From positions 169,758,001-169,822,000 of the forward strand of contig NC_058368.1 of the NCBI RefSeq assembly GCF_018350175.1: a stretch of DNA of 64,000 nt. Reading direction: 5' to 3'. Of the stretch, positions 1 to 11,560 are shown piece by piece. A program made the position numbers and the translations under genes. Each line of letters opens with the position of its first letter. Position 1 is the stretch's first letter. The notes below the pieces were generated by a model. That model did not search any database and had not been told where the DNA came from. It saw only the letters and a program-made list of their open reading frames with translations. Source of the DNA: Felis catus. Its lineage: Eukaryota.

Positions 1-1699
1 TTTGTTATAGGAGTTTTCCATTACCTATAATCAGATTAGAGATGTTTGCTTCTATTCCTAGCTTGCTAAGAATAGAGTATTCAAGGTAGATAAATTGCTG
101 CTCCTTCTGTGGGGAAGAGGCAGTGAAAGTTAGTAAGAAATTCTGGAAATGTGATTCCAATATGGCTGAAGCCTGGCTAGTGGCACATGGGGGAACTGGG
201 AATTTGCTCATGATAAAAAAGTAGAAGAAAAAAGAAGAGAAAGCTAAGTAGGCGTAGACAGAGGAGTCTTCTTCTCTCTTTGTTTTTCTCTCCTGAGTCA
301 CATGTCTCTTATCATGAACCTCTACGATTCGGCTTCTCTCACCATTCTTGTATCTTTTTTTTCTCCTTAATTTCCATTATAGAGTGCAGTTCACATATGC
401 CTTTGCTAATATAAACAGTTACGCATGCTTCAACCCATGAACAACCCATTCTGTTGTTCCCTTTAGCTGGGAAACCACTTTTAATTTGTAGTGTGAGTGA
501 CTGGTGACCAGCTCAGCCAATACTGTACCATGAGCCACTGTAGCAGATGTCTGTTGACCTCACATTTAGGGCAACAAGGTAAGATCTTGTGTTTCACAGC
601 TCCCCTCTGGAACTTTCTGCCCCAACCCCTCACATTTTCTAGTAACAGCTGTGCTCTTGGAGTTTTGATGATTAACAAAGTATCAAACCATTCCCCTGGA
701 ACCCTCTAGAATTGCCTCTCATGGGGAATCTGATGGATCTCTACTTCACAGATGGTTTATCAGTACATCAAGTAATAACTTGCTCTTCTGTCTCCATTCT
801 CCTGGGTACATTTTAGAGGAAAAAAAATCTCCAGGTTCATATGATAGGTGTTTCATCTTTGTTAACACAAGCACCTGGTAATGAATCTTTATAATATTAG
901 CTACATGCTGAACCAGCCCTATCCCTGATTTCACTTGGAGACTCTATAACTCCACATTTGCTTTAGCTTTCTTACGAAAACTTGAGATTATTTATTTTCT
1001 CTGTGTATATTCTTGGCATATTTCTGCCTAGAGGAAGAGCAAAATCAATAAGTCCTACAGTTTTATTAAGTTTCTTAAAGAGCACGATATCTGATCTGCT
1101 GGCTTGAGTTGTTTAATCACTATCCTGTATGAATCCATCTTTGGATGGTGTTTTTTTTTTTCCCCGGCATGTTTTTCAGTTGTCTTTCATAATAGTGTTG
1201 TCTAACTCACTAACTTTATTTAAAGAATAATTGCTGCTCCTAGCAGCATGTCAGTGCCTTTGGGTGTAGCCCAAAGCAGCCGAAGGTAAAGAATATTTTC
1301 CTACGTACACATTCTTTTGCCTTTAAGCCTGCTGTACTATCGGTCAATTTCTCTTCTGTTTTTTCCTATGGGTCTAATTGTGGCAAGCTTAGCTGCCATT
1401 CAGCCTACCCCAATTTGCAATAAAAGTCAAGTGAGATAACATGACATGTATCCAATTTCACTCTAATATGGAGAGTCAGGTACACAGGGCTTGGGATAAA
1501 CTAAAGTGGTCTGTTCCCAAGTTACTAGGGTCTATTGAAGAAAATCATCCAGCAGGTAGAACAGACCCTTCAACCTCAGCCAGACTCTCAGGGCTGCCTG
1601 GGGTCATTCCCCACACAGCTAGTCAGCTGCTTCTCCCTTTTGTCTCAATAGCTGTTCCAAATGTTCACCACTTTCTTCAGATTCCTTCCTCTGCCCTGT

Positions 1700-2800
1700 C
1701 CTCTCTTGTTCTCAGCAGAGGAACTTGCCTTCTTATTCATTCAGAAAGACAAGAAATAACTCACCCCCATAACCCAAAACCACCCATAAAATGTATTTCC
1801 ATCAGGACACGTGCTTTCAGTCTTTCCTATTTTCCATGAAAGACTGTCCGTCCCACTGCTGAAGTCTAATTCATCTACCCAACCACCTGCACTGGAGTTT
1901 GTCTTCTGCCTTGACAGAGACCTTGGGCCATCTGCCGTCCACTTTATATCATTTGCTCCCTTCAACACATGAATATGCTCTTTATAAAAATATCCTCTGA
2001 CCCCATATCACCCTCTAGCTACTGTTGTAGATCTCTTTTCCTTTGTGGCCTGACTTCTTAAAGAGCCATTTACATTTCCCATTTCCCTTCCTCACTGGCC
2101 ATTTACTGCTCAACGGACAGCGATTTGTCTTCTCTCCCCACAACAGTAATGAAATTATTTCCACCAATTAACTTCATATTGTTAAATCTGATGGATATTT
2201 GACAATGTTAATGATGCCCTCTTTCTTAAGCCTCTCCTCTTTTAACTTTCATGACTTTTTTCTCCTTTGGTTGTCCTGTCATGTCTCCGGACACTCCTCT
2301 CAGCTTCCCACAGTGGTTCTTTTTCTTGTGTCCCCTCTAAATGGCAGTGTTTGCAAAGGTTTCTTCCCAAATGGGGGTACATTTTCCACACTGACTTCCA
2401 CAACCACTAAAAATGGCTGACTCATAACTTTAAATATATAGCTCACTCCTCTCTCAGAGTTTCACACTCCTATTCATTTGACTAACTCTTAGTCACTACA
2501 ACTCAGCATCCTCAAACTAGTCTCGTTGTCCTTGTTCCTAAGCAGGCTGCTTCTGTAGTAAAGAATAGCACTAGAGGCCCAGAAGGAAACCTGAGTCATT
2601 CCCAAATTTTCTTTCTTAGCCAGTATGTCTTTGAAGGCTTTCTCTCCTAGACATAGCATAAATCTCTCCGTTCTCGTTGTCACTGCTTTATTTCATCTAA
2701 TTGCCTGCATAGCTTTCTAGCTGGTCCTTTGAAAATTTAGTCTGACCCCAGAAAATCCAATACACTTACTCTTACTAGAATTATGCTTCTAAAAAGTGGA
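1700..2800 (+). mobile_element. LINE-2 (L2) remnant, 3' ORF2 region
   Basis: Pyrimidine-rich degenerate sequence with recalled L2 motifs (e.g. 'catattgttaaatctgatggatattt'). Appears to resume at ~5930 after the L1 insertion. Boundaries approximate. Confidence 0.55.
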
Positions 2801-3112
2801 TCTATGTTAATTTTGCCAAACCTTATCTATAGATTTGAAGCAAGTCCAATAAATACTGTGACCTTTTTTGTGTGGATTTAAAAATGTGACTCTAAAACAG
2901 TTAAAAAAGAGCAAAGACTTAAGAACAGCCAAAACATTTGTGAAGAAGGTTAGGGTGGAAACACTTGATTTATTGATGCCAAGGTTTATTCTGAAGCCAT
3001 GTTCAAGGCAGTGTATTATTGCCTCATGGATAGATGATCAACCAATGATACTTAATAGAAAGCTCAGGAAGAGACACACTCATAAATGGAACTGTGTGTG
3101 ATCTTTGACAGA

Positions 3113-3619
3113 GTAAAAGAGGGAATACAGAAACTATCCCATATTTCAAGTATGAGGAACTAAAACAAGAAAACAGGGAGATCTAGATAAATGAAGGGCT
3201 GAAAGGGCAAAGGTTTGGGACACAGTGGTGCCATTAGCTTTGCAATTCACAGCTACAGCCATCCAGAGAGTCAATATCTGGCTGCTACTCAGCGGTCAGC
3301 AAACTGCAGCACACTCCTACTGAAGTCATAGCATCCCCAAGACTGACGACTGGCATAGGAATTCCAAGTCCATCTGGCTCTTAAAAACCCATATCTGTAT
3401 TTCCTTTGCCATAGTTGCTGGGAATGAATTGTTTCTGTCTCCCTGCTGTTTTCCAAATTTGCATAAGTGCATTTCTCTGACAGCAGCTAAACCACATCTC
3501 AAAGCTTGCTGGCAAAGAAGGTTGGAAAAGTCAATTCCTTGGTTTCTAGCTTATATCATACAAGGGAGAGCAAGAAGAGGAAATCAATGGGTGCCAAGGG
3601 CCACAGAAAACATCTAGCA
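3113..3619 (-). mobile_element. ERVL-class solo LTR (LTR33-like) nested in the L1
   Basis: Splits the L1 at 'tttgacagag|...|aaggatc'. The minus strand starts 'tgctagatgttttctgtggcccttggcacccatt', similar to the recalled LTR33 5' end. Confidence 0.55.
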
Positions 3620-4767
3620 AAGGATCATTGAAGATCAATGAAGAAAGGAAGAACTGTTCAATAAATAGTGTTAGGACAACTGGATATCCATTCAAAAAAA
3701 AACATTGAGTTCCTGCCTCATACTGCACAAAGGAGTCAACTCAGAGAGAGAAGGACTTTGCAAAAAGAAAAAATTTAGGGAGAATATATAGGAGGATTTT
3801 TTTCTGGTTCTGGGGTAGGGAAGATTTGTCAAACAAGATAGAAACAATTCTACCTTCATAAAGGAAATTATTAATTCAACCATATTAAGATTAATAACTT
3901 GTGTTTACCAAAGAACATCATAGAGTAAAAATACAACAAAGTGGTAGAATGTATTTGTCACACATATAGCCTATAGAAGTTTAATACCCAGAATATATTT
4001 TTAAAAATTACCAATCAATAAGAAAAACACATACACCACACAAAATAGAAAAATGGGCAAATGACATGTAAGTATATGGTCAGTAAACCTAAAAAGGTAT
4101 TTAATCACTTCAATAATCAGGGAAATAAAAATTATGATCAACCTGAAACATTACACTTGTTATGTGATACATATTGAGGAAAAATTGGATCATCCTGAAT
4201 TCTCCTTCCTACCGACCACATCTTTGTGTGTTTGATATCCTAAATACAGCCTAAATTTTGTTGTTGTTGTTTTTTGCTTTGTTTTCATTCTCATTGTCAC
4301 TGTGTTAACTCACAAAGTATTGGTGAGAATATGAATCAATAGGAATTCTTATATAATGGTCCTGAAGAGGTAAATTAGAAAATCCCTTTGGAAAACAATT
4401 TGGCATCAGTTTGGAAATAGGAAAATGGAAATACCATATAACTGAGCAATTCCATATCTAATGTAGACCTGAGAGAAATTCTTGTACATGTGTCCAGAGT
4501 GTCCTCTTACACTTTGTCCTATCACAGTTTGTAATAGCCAAGAATTGGAATTCTTTCTCAAGAGAATGGATGTATACATTGTGCTACATGTACATGATGG
4601 AATATTACACAGTGGAGAAAATGAATGATCCATAGCTATATTCAGTAACATAGGAATGTTAGAAATCTGATGTTCAATTTTAAAATAAGTCCTAAAAAAA
4701 CATAAACAGTATGACAGCATTAAGATAATTCTGAAACACAAAAGTTAAACAATATGTTTAATGTTTT

Positions 4768-4961
4768 TTTTAATTATTTATTTATTTTGAGAACGAGAGA
4801 GAGGGGAAGAGCAGAAAGAGAGGGAGACAGAGAATCCCAAGCAAGCTCCATGCTGTTATTGTAAAGCCTGTTGTGGGGCTGGAGCTCATGGACGATGGGA
4901 TGAAGACCTGAGCCGAAATCAAGAGTCAGATGCTTAACCAACTGAGCCACTCAGGCACCCC
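4768..4961 (-). mobile_element. Can-SINE (SINEC_Fc2-like)
   Basis: Minus strand GGGGTGCCTGAGTGGCTCAGTTGGTTAAG head, GACTCTTGATTTCGG variant, (CT)n, A-rich tail. Short TSD aatgtttt at 4760-4767 and 4962-4969. Confidence 0.93.
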
Positions 4962-4969
4962 AATGTTTT

Positions 4970-5188
4970 GTTTTGTTTTTTAATGTTTGTTTATTTTTGA
5001 GAGAGAGACAGAGAGACAGAACACGAGGAGGGGAGGGGCAGAGAGAGAGGGAGACACAGAATCTAAAGCAGGCTCCATGTTCTGAGCTGTCAGCCCAGAA
5101 CCGGATGTGGGCCTTGAACTCATAAAGAGTGACATCATGACCTGAGCCGAAGTCGGACACTTAACCGACTGAGCCACTCAGGCACCCC
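4970..5188 (-). mobile_element. Can-SINE (SINEC_Fc)
   Basis: Full tRNA-derived head, (CT)n and A tail on the minus strand; tandem with the preceding SINE. Confidence 0.95.
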
Positions 5189-5929
5189 TAATAAAGGGCT
5201 ATTTAAAAAAAAATAGAGCTATTTTTAAAAAGCAAGGTAGAGACAAACACAGAATTCAGAGTAGTGCTTTATCTTTGGCTTAGTAGGGAGGGGATGAGAT
5301 GAAATAGAAGAGAAATGCACAAGTAGATGCAAGTTATTCATAATGTATTCACTGGATAGTAGGTTCATGAGAATTCCATGTATTATTATGCTTTTCAACA
5401 TAAATATATGTTAATAAACTATATTGTGTGTGTCAGAAATAACACTAAAAAAGTAATGAAAAATCTGTATTCTAAGATGTTTAGCTTGTTTTAGGAGTAA
5501 GGGCTGTCACTTTTAAATATCTATTTCATTTTTGATGTTTAGTAAATAAATTATGATATTAAAAAATCTTGTGCTCTATCATACATCTCTCTCACACATG
5601 TGACCACACAATTGCTAAAAATATTAATTTTAGTTCAGTGCCAGAATGGCTTACTGCCCACCAAAACACAAAAGCAGTATACAGAAAGCAAATAACACTG
5701 ATTTACAAAACTGGAGGAAATGTAACCTACATTGAAAAGCACCTGGGGATTTTATGTGCTAACATCCCGCAGGGGAAATAAACCTGTGAAAATGACAAAG
5801 TAGAGTCAGGATCAATCACTATGGGTTTTGGTTTTCTTTTGAAATCTTAGTATATTTCACTGTTGGAAGTGGTGGGAGGGAAAAGCAAAAGGAAATAAAA
5901 GACGAAATTGCTCATTGTCTCTCTTTTTA

Positions 5930-6805
5930 ATCCTCCATTATCTCCCTATTCCTTTTTGGACAAGGTTCCAACACTTTAGCTTTATATACATGGCTTCCCC
6001 TCGTAGGGTCTCTCATTTTTCTGCCTGTCCAGCCTCTCTCCTGTGACATCCAGGCCTCCTCCTGCTCATACCCTTCTCATAAGCTAAATTCAACTTCCTG
6101 TGGATCTCTGAGTAGGTCCTGCTGTTGCGTGCCTCTGTGCCTTTGCCCAGGCTGGTTGCTCTTCCTGGAAATCCCATTCTTTCCTTCTTTCTCTCGCTGA
6201 CCTCTCACTAGGAAGTCTTGACGGACCCTTTAGTGTGAGGCTGCCTTAGTTCTTTGTGCGTAACTTTCTTACCGTAGTTACCATCTCCCATAAAAGTTAA
6301 TTTTCCTGTCTTTCCTATTAGACCTTAAGCTCTTTGGTATCAAAGATTATATCTTTTTTTTTTTTAGATTAAACAGTGCTACCCTGTGCTTATCACAGTG
6401 CTTTATAGTCAATAATGTTAACTGAAGCAACATGTATGGGAAGGAACTACTTGGAGCCTGAATTTCTTCACTGCATTGAGCTCTCCTCCACTGTTTTTCC
6501 TGAGGGCTGGAGTACTCCTCCCCCTCACCTCACCCACTTAACTCTTAACTCACTTCCTCAGGAATCTTTGATTTCCATGACCAGATCGTTTTCCTCTATA
6601 TGTACTCTTCATAGCTCCATAGATTACTCTCATTGCAGTTGAATCTTTATGTCAGCTTGTATCATTCTTTAAATAGTGTTTGCTTCTCCCACTAGACTGG
6701 AAGCTACATGAATGGAGGGACCAGGTCTGCTTTTGTTAATTTTTGCACTTCTACATGGCATAGGGTATACTTGCAATGAGAACTTACTGAATGAAAGACT
6801 GAACT
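5930..6805 (+). mobile_element. L2 3' end remnants (two adjacent pieces)
   Basis: L2 3' motifs 'cctctgtgcctttgcccaggctg', 'cccactagactggaagctacatgaatggagggacc' and terminal 'actgaatgaaagactgaa'. Confidence 0.7.
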
Positions 6806-8319
6806 AGGAGCATGGCTGGAATTGAGAACACAAGGATCATGTATGATGGAATGGCAGGGGACATATAGTCCACTCTGCCACCTGAATGCATGGGCAAGGG
6901 AGATGTGGCCTATTTAAAGAATATTTCCACGGATACCTACAGGAGAGGTGAAGATGGAGAATACAGCATGGTACTTGTTACAGGTACTGCTGTCCCTTTG
7001 TGGCTCATGAATTTACATCTGCATCTAAAGGAGAGAAGGTTGACAGGCAGAGGGTGAAGGACTTCCTTTCCCTGAGGGAAACTCAGGTGTATGAAATATA
7101 CTGCTACATGTCCCAGTTGACAAAGTTATATAAATTAGAGGTGAGGAGGAAAATCTCTTGGCTGCTACAGAATCCAGGATGGTGTTTTGGGTTCAGGGTG
7201 ACTGAATGGCCCCGGGTGGAACCCAGGACATCCTTAGCTTGAACTTGAGTATTCCCTCTTTGACATCAGGTGCAGCATCAATGGCCAGACCCTGCTTTCC
7301 AATGCATGTCGGGGCAACTATCCACAATAAAGATGGTGGGGATGGGTAGGGAGAAAAACCACACGTACTCTTACGTGTGCCTGAGGCAGAAATAACTAAG
7401 TTTCCAGAACCCTATGAATCCTGCCTTTTGCAGGTAGAGTATACAGCAGGGGAATTAAAAGGTTTTAAAATTTTAAAAACTTGATCCCTTTATATCCATA
7501 GGTTGCTACGGCGTGGAAAAGTCAGGATATGTCATTGTAGTTCTCTATGTTTTCAGCTAAGAACTAGGGTTTCTGAATTATTCAAAGTTTTACACTGGAT
7601 ATAGTTTCTAGTCTCAATCTTTAGTGATGTGTTTTACTGGCCAATTTACATAGTTTATGGTTTGACTTATAAAAAAAGCCCTTTAGTTTGACCATCTGGA
7701 AGTAGTACAGATTATTGATGTTAATTACTTCTCTTCCATATTCTATTTTTGTGATCCTCTCAGTTTTCAGCCTTTGGTGATACATATGACCATCATTAAT
7801 ATTTCATGTCACAAAGATGGCCTCTAGGTCTTCATTAAGTGAGCTTATATTGCCAAATAAATATGTTAAATCTGGGAGAACAAAGCCATTTATTGCCTCA
7901 GACTTTTTGCCTAAACTGGGTTATATCTTCTGTATTATCTTCATACTGATCCGACTTTTATTCTGAAGCCTTCAATGACTCTGGAAGCAATCTTTATTAT
8001 CTGTAAGATACTTGACATGTGCAGACTTTCCTTTGCACGAGAACTTCAATTCAGTTACCAGTGACGATGTTTCCATCCTTCAAACAGAGGCACTTCACTG
8101 CATTCAAGAGAGGAAACCTGAAAAGTGTGTGTGGGAGGGGCACCACACTGTACTTAAGGGGAGCTTGGATATGTTTTGACTCTTCTACTGACTTTGGGCC
8201 TCAGATTTTTTCCTTCATACAAGGAAATTGATTAATGTCATCAAGCAAAGAGAACAGATCAGCACCCAGTAGTGGTGTGAAGGTTGGGGCAGACATTGCA
8301 AAAACTCAGCAAATACACC

Positions 8320-8324
8320 CACAC

Positions 8325-8375
<51 letters not shown>
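8320..8375. repeat. Compound (CG)n/(CA)n alternating purine-pyrimidine microsatellite
   Basis: cacacgcgtgcgcgcgcgcacaca...ca, 56 bp of unbroken purine-pyrimidine alternation. Confidence 0.97.
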
Positions 8376-8376
<1 letters not shown>

Positions 8377-8598
8377 GCCCCAAGTGTAGGGAAGGCCTGA
8401 TGCCTATCAGAAGGTGGTGCAGGGGGGCATGACCCAGAGCTAGAGAATTTCTGCAGGGCTAAGTGGTCCAAGCAAGTCTTATGCTGTTGCCTTCTCCTCT
8501 AACCTCCATCTGCCTAAAAATACCTTATTTAATCTAATTCTTTATACCTCTTCTCTCTCTCCATCACTGACCTGCTTTCCTCCTTTGACATTTCTTTA

Positions 8599-8805
8599 TT
8601 TTTTATTTTTATAAGTTTATTTATTTATTTTGAGAGACAGCGAGCATGGGATGGGCATAGAGAGAAGGAGAGAGAGAATCCCAAGCAGGCTCCATGCTTT
8701 CAGCACAGAGCCAGACATGGGACTCTAACTCAGGAACTGTGAGATCATGACCTGCTCCAAAACCAGTAATTGGATGTTTAACCAACTAAATCACTCAGGA
8801 ACCCC
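8599..8805 (-). mobile_element. Can-SINE (SINEC_Fc2-like, diverged)
   Basis: SINE body on the minus strand; TSD acatttcttta (8588-8598) / acatctcttta (8807-8817). Confidence 0.92.
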
Positions 8806-10021
8806 AACATCTCTTTAATAGGACACTTTCTGCTACAAGTTAGACTTCTTTCTTCCCACTTACTTGAGCTAGCAACCTCAAGTAGTTTGGACAATGCTCA
8901 TCCTGGTTTAGTTCACAAGGGTTCTTGTGACCTTAATCAGCTCCATTTTAGTTGTGTCAGGCCATCAAGCCCACTGCCTATCTTCAGAAAATCCAACTCT
9001 CACTTGTTGGTTCTTTCCTGAGTTCAACAGTCTAGAATTTCAGGCACATGAGCATTAATGTTTACTAACATGCGAATTCACAAGCCTTATGGGAGACTCG
9101 AGCAACGAGTAGGAGAGGAGTGGGATTTCTCCTATTCTAGGTCAGTCAGTCCCCTGCTCCACCAGGGAGAACTACCAGCCTGCTGCTTCTTAGAGTGGAG
9201 GCCTTTATTTAGTAAGTGCATCTGAAGATAAATATTGATGTTTTAGAGTTCGCATTACCTAAACCCATACCGAAGAAGGGGTATTTCCCTTCTTACCAGC
9301 CCTGTTCTTTAGAAACTATGGTCTCTTCTTATTGCTCTGCTAAGTTTTAGGTTAATGTATGCTCAGTTTTGGATCTGGAGGCACCAGCAAAATCTCACAG
9401 TTGGTTCTAGTTATTTTCATTTCAAACTTCTCTGTGATAGGAAATCTATTGGTACTTTATTTTCGATCAGTTTATTTTCTACTTTCTCTGTCTAATATTT
9501 TTCATTACAAGTGGAAACATAAATGCCTTTTTTTTAATCAGCTTGGTTTTTCACATAGAGAGCATTTTGCTCCAACATTTTTCTGTGTAAGTTGTTATTT
9601 CACTGATTGTGTTTTCTGTATTTATTTATCACATTCTGGATCATTGATCATTTAAATATTGGTACATTAAAAAATCTATATTTGGACATCTAATTTTGAT
9701 ACCCAACAAGCAATGTACTATAGTTTGGTCACTTAGATGATTCATATTATGTAATTCCTGTGTTTGACTTCTACTCATTGAACATTCTGGACTATCTCAT
9801 ATTATTGGTTTCAATTGGCCCAGTGCCTCCACTTCTAAATGCAAGACTGGGACTCTTTCCCTTTCTTGGTTATCTCCATTAAAGAGAAGCCCATAAACAG
9901 CTAAAATTTTCCAGGAGTCTTGAACTGTGACCTATCTCGTAGGGCCCAGGATGCGAATTTGATTTTCTTAATATTCTTCAGTTTCTCATTCTAAAAACAT
10001 GGCCTGTAAAATCCCATCTTT

Positions 10022-10240
10022 GGGGCACCTGGGTGGCTCAGTTGGTTAAGCGTCTGACTCTTAATTTTGGCTCAGGTCATGATCTCATGGTCTGTGAGTT
10101 CTAGCACCGTGTCGGGCTCTGTGCTGACAGCATGCAGCCTGCTTGGGATTCTCTGTCTCCCTCTCTCTGCCTCTCCCTGCTTGCTCTGTATCCCTCTATC
10201 TCAGAAATAAATAAACATTAAAGAAAATTAAAAAATTTAA
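10022..10240 (+). mobile_element. Can-SINE (SINEC_Fc2-like)
   Basis: GGGGCACCTGGGTGGCTCAGTTGGTTAAG head, (CT)-rich region, A tail; diverged TSD aaaatcccatcttt / aaaatacatcttt. Confidence 0.95.
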
Positions 10241-10278
10241 AAAATACATCTTTGTAAGCCCATAGGTGACAAACCAGT

Positions 10279-10665
10279 TGTATTAGCTTCCTAGGGCTGT
10301 CATAACCAAGTACCACAGACTGGGTGGCTTCAGACAACAGTCTACTGAGGAAGACTCTGTTCTATGCCTTTCTATTAGCTTTTGGTGGTTGCTGGCAATC
10401 TTTGGCATTCCTTGGCTTCTAGGTATATTATTCCAGTCTCTGCCTCTGTCTTCACATGCCATTCTCCTCTATGTGTCTCTGTGTCCAAAATTCCCTCTTC
10501 TTATAAAGGTATCAGTCAGATTTAACGTTCACCCTGATCGGCTATTACTTCATCTTACCTTGATTAAATGTACAAAACTCCTATTTCCAAATAAGATCAC
10601 ATTCACATGTTCTGGGTAGACACAGATTTTGGGCGGGGGTGGGGGACAATATTCAAACCAGTGTG
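10279..10665 (-). mobile_element. MaLR solo LTR (MLT1B/C-like) with internal deletion
   Basis: 'tgtattagcttcctagggctgtcataaccaagtaccacagactgggtggctt' and 'ttccaaataagatcacattcaca' match the reverse complement of recalled MLT1 LTRs. Confidence 0.85.
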
Positions 10666-10791
10666 CTGATCAACTAACCAACTTTCATTTGGCTTCTCTT
10701 CTTGAGGGTTGGGGGAAAGGGTCAGGAGGATTTTACCTCTCCCAGTTTTTAATGGTTAGCTCTTATAAAAATTAGAAATAGATTTGGATTT

Positions 10792-11012
10792 GAGGCACCT
10801 GGGTGGCTCAGTTGGTTGGGCAACCGACTTTGGCTCAGGCCATGATCTCACTGTTTGTGAGTTCGAGCCCCGCGTCAGGCTCTGTGCTGACAGCTCAGAG
10901 CCTGGAGCCTACTTCCGATTCTGTGTCTCCCCCTCTCCCTACCCCTCCCCTGCTCACGTTCTGTGTCTCTCTGTCTCTCGATAATAAATAAATTTTTTAA
11001 AAATTTTTAAAA
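10792..11012 (+). mobile_element. Can-SINE (SINEC_Fc)
   Basis: Full-length; perfect 16-bp TSD agaaatagatttggat (10774-10789 / 11013-11028). Confidence 0.97.
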
Positions 11013-11068
11013 AGAAATAGATTTGGATGCAAAATCAAAGAAAACCCAAAGAAGATTTTTTTTCTTAT

Positions 11069-11086
11069 TCTCTGTCTCTCTCTCTA

Positions 11087-11135
<49 letters not shown>
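11069..11135. repeat. (CT)n microsatellite
   Basis: Imperfect then perfect tc run. Confidence 0.97.
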
Positions 11136-11139
<4 letters not shown>

Positions 11140-11560
11140 GTTTTTTTGTTTTGTATGTGACAGGAAGTTTGGAGACAGATGGTACAGAGCAGGTCCTGTG
11201 GTTCACACTGCCAACTGGGAGGCAGGTGCTCCCTGTCTTCCTGCTCAGTAGCCCTTAGCATGTGGATATTGACCTTATACTTGCTGCCTTTGGTCACAAG
11301 ATGACAATGGCTCCACTTCACCACAGTTGGACAAAAGGTACACAGTGACTGCTTCTTTTTACAGAGCTTTCCCAGAAGTCCTATCCAGGGCCTTCTGCTA
11401 AGATCTCATTGCTCAGAGCCAACTTATTTGCCAAGAAGCTGGGAAAAGCTTTTTAAAAAACTATTATTTTTTAACAGGACAAATTAATGCACTAGAGCAA
11501 ATTATGTTTCAGTTAGTAAGGTAGGAGGGAACACAGATAATGCAAAAGTAAACTAGTGCT
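11140..11560 (-). mobile_element. Old MaLR LTR remnant (MLT1J/K/L-like)
   Basis: 'ggtcacaagatgac', 'tttcccagaagtcc', 'atctcattgctcagagcc', 'gaagctgggaaa' resemble the reverse strand of old MLT1 elements. Confidence 0.5.

Larger units (their letters stand above)
2805..5450 (+). mobile_element. Old L1 (L1M class) ORF2 3' part and 3'UTR, interrupted by an LTR and two SINEs
   Basis: L1 motifs 'tctatagatttgaagcaagtccaataaa', 'ttcaataaatagtgttaggacaactggatatcca', 'aaaatgggcaaatgacatg', 'tttggaaaacaatttggca'. No intact reading frame. Confidence 0.8.

Noticed and set aside
467..578. Exon-like interval (ccctttag| ... AAG|gtaaga)
   Set aside because: Stops in all three frames and no other support; splice-like pairs are common by chance.
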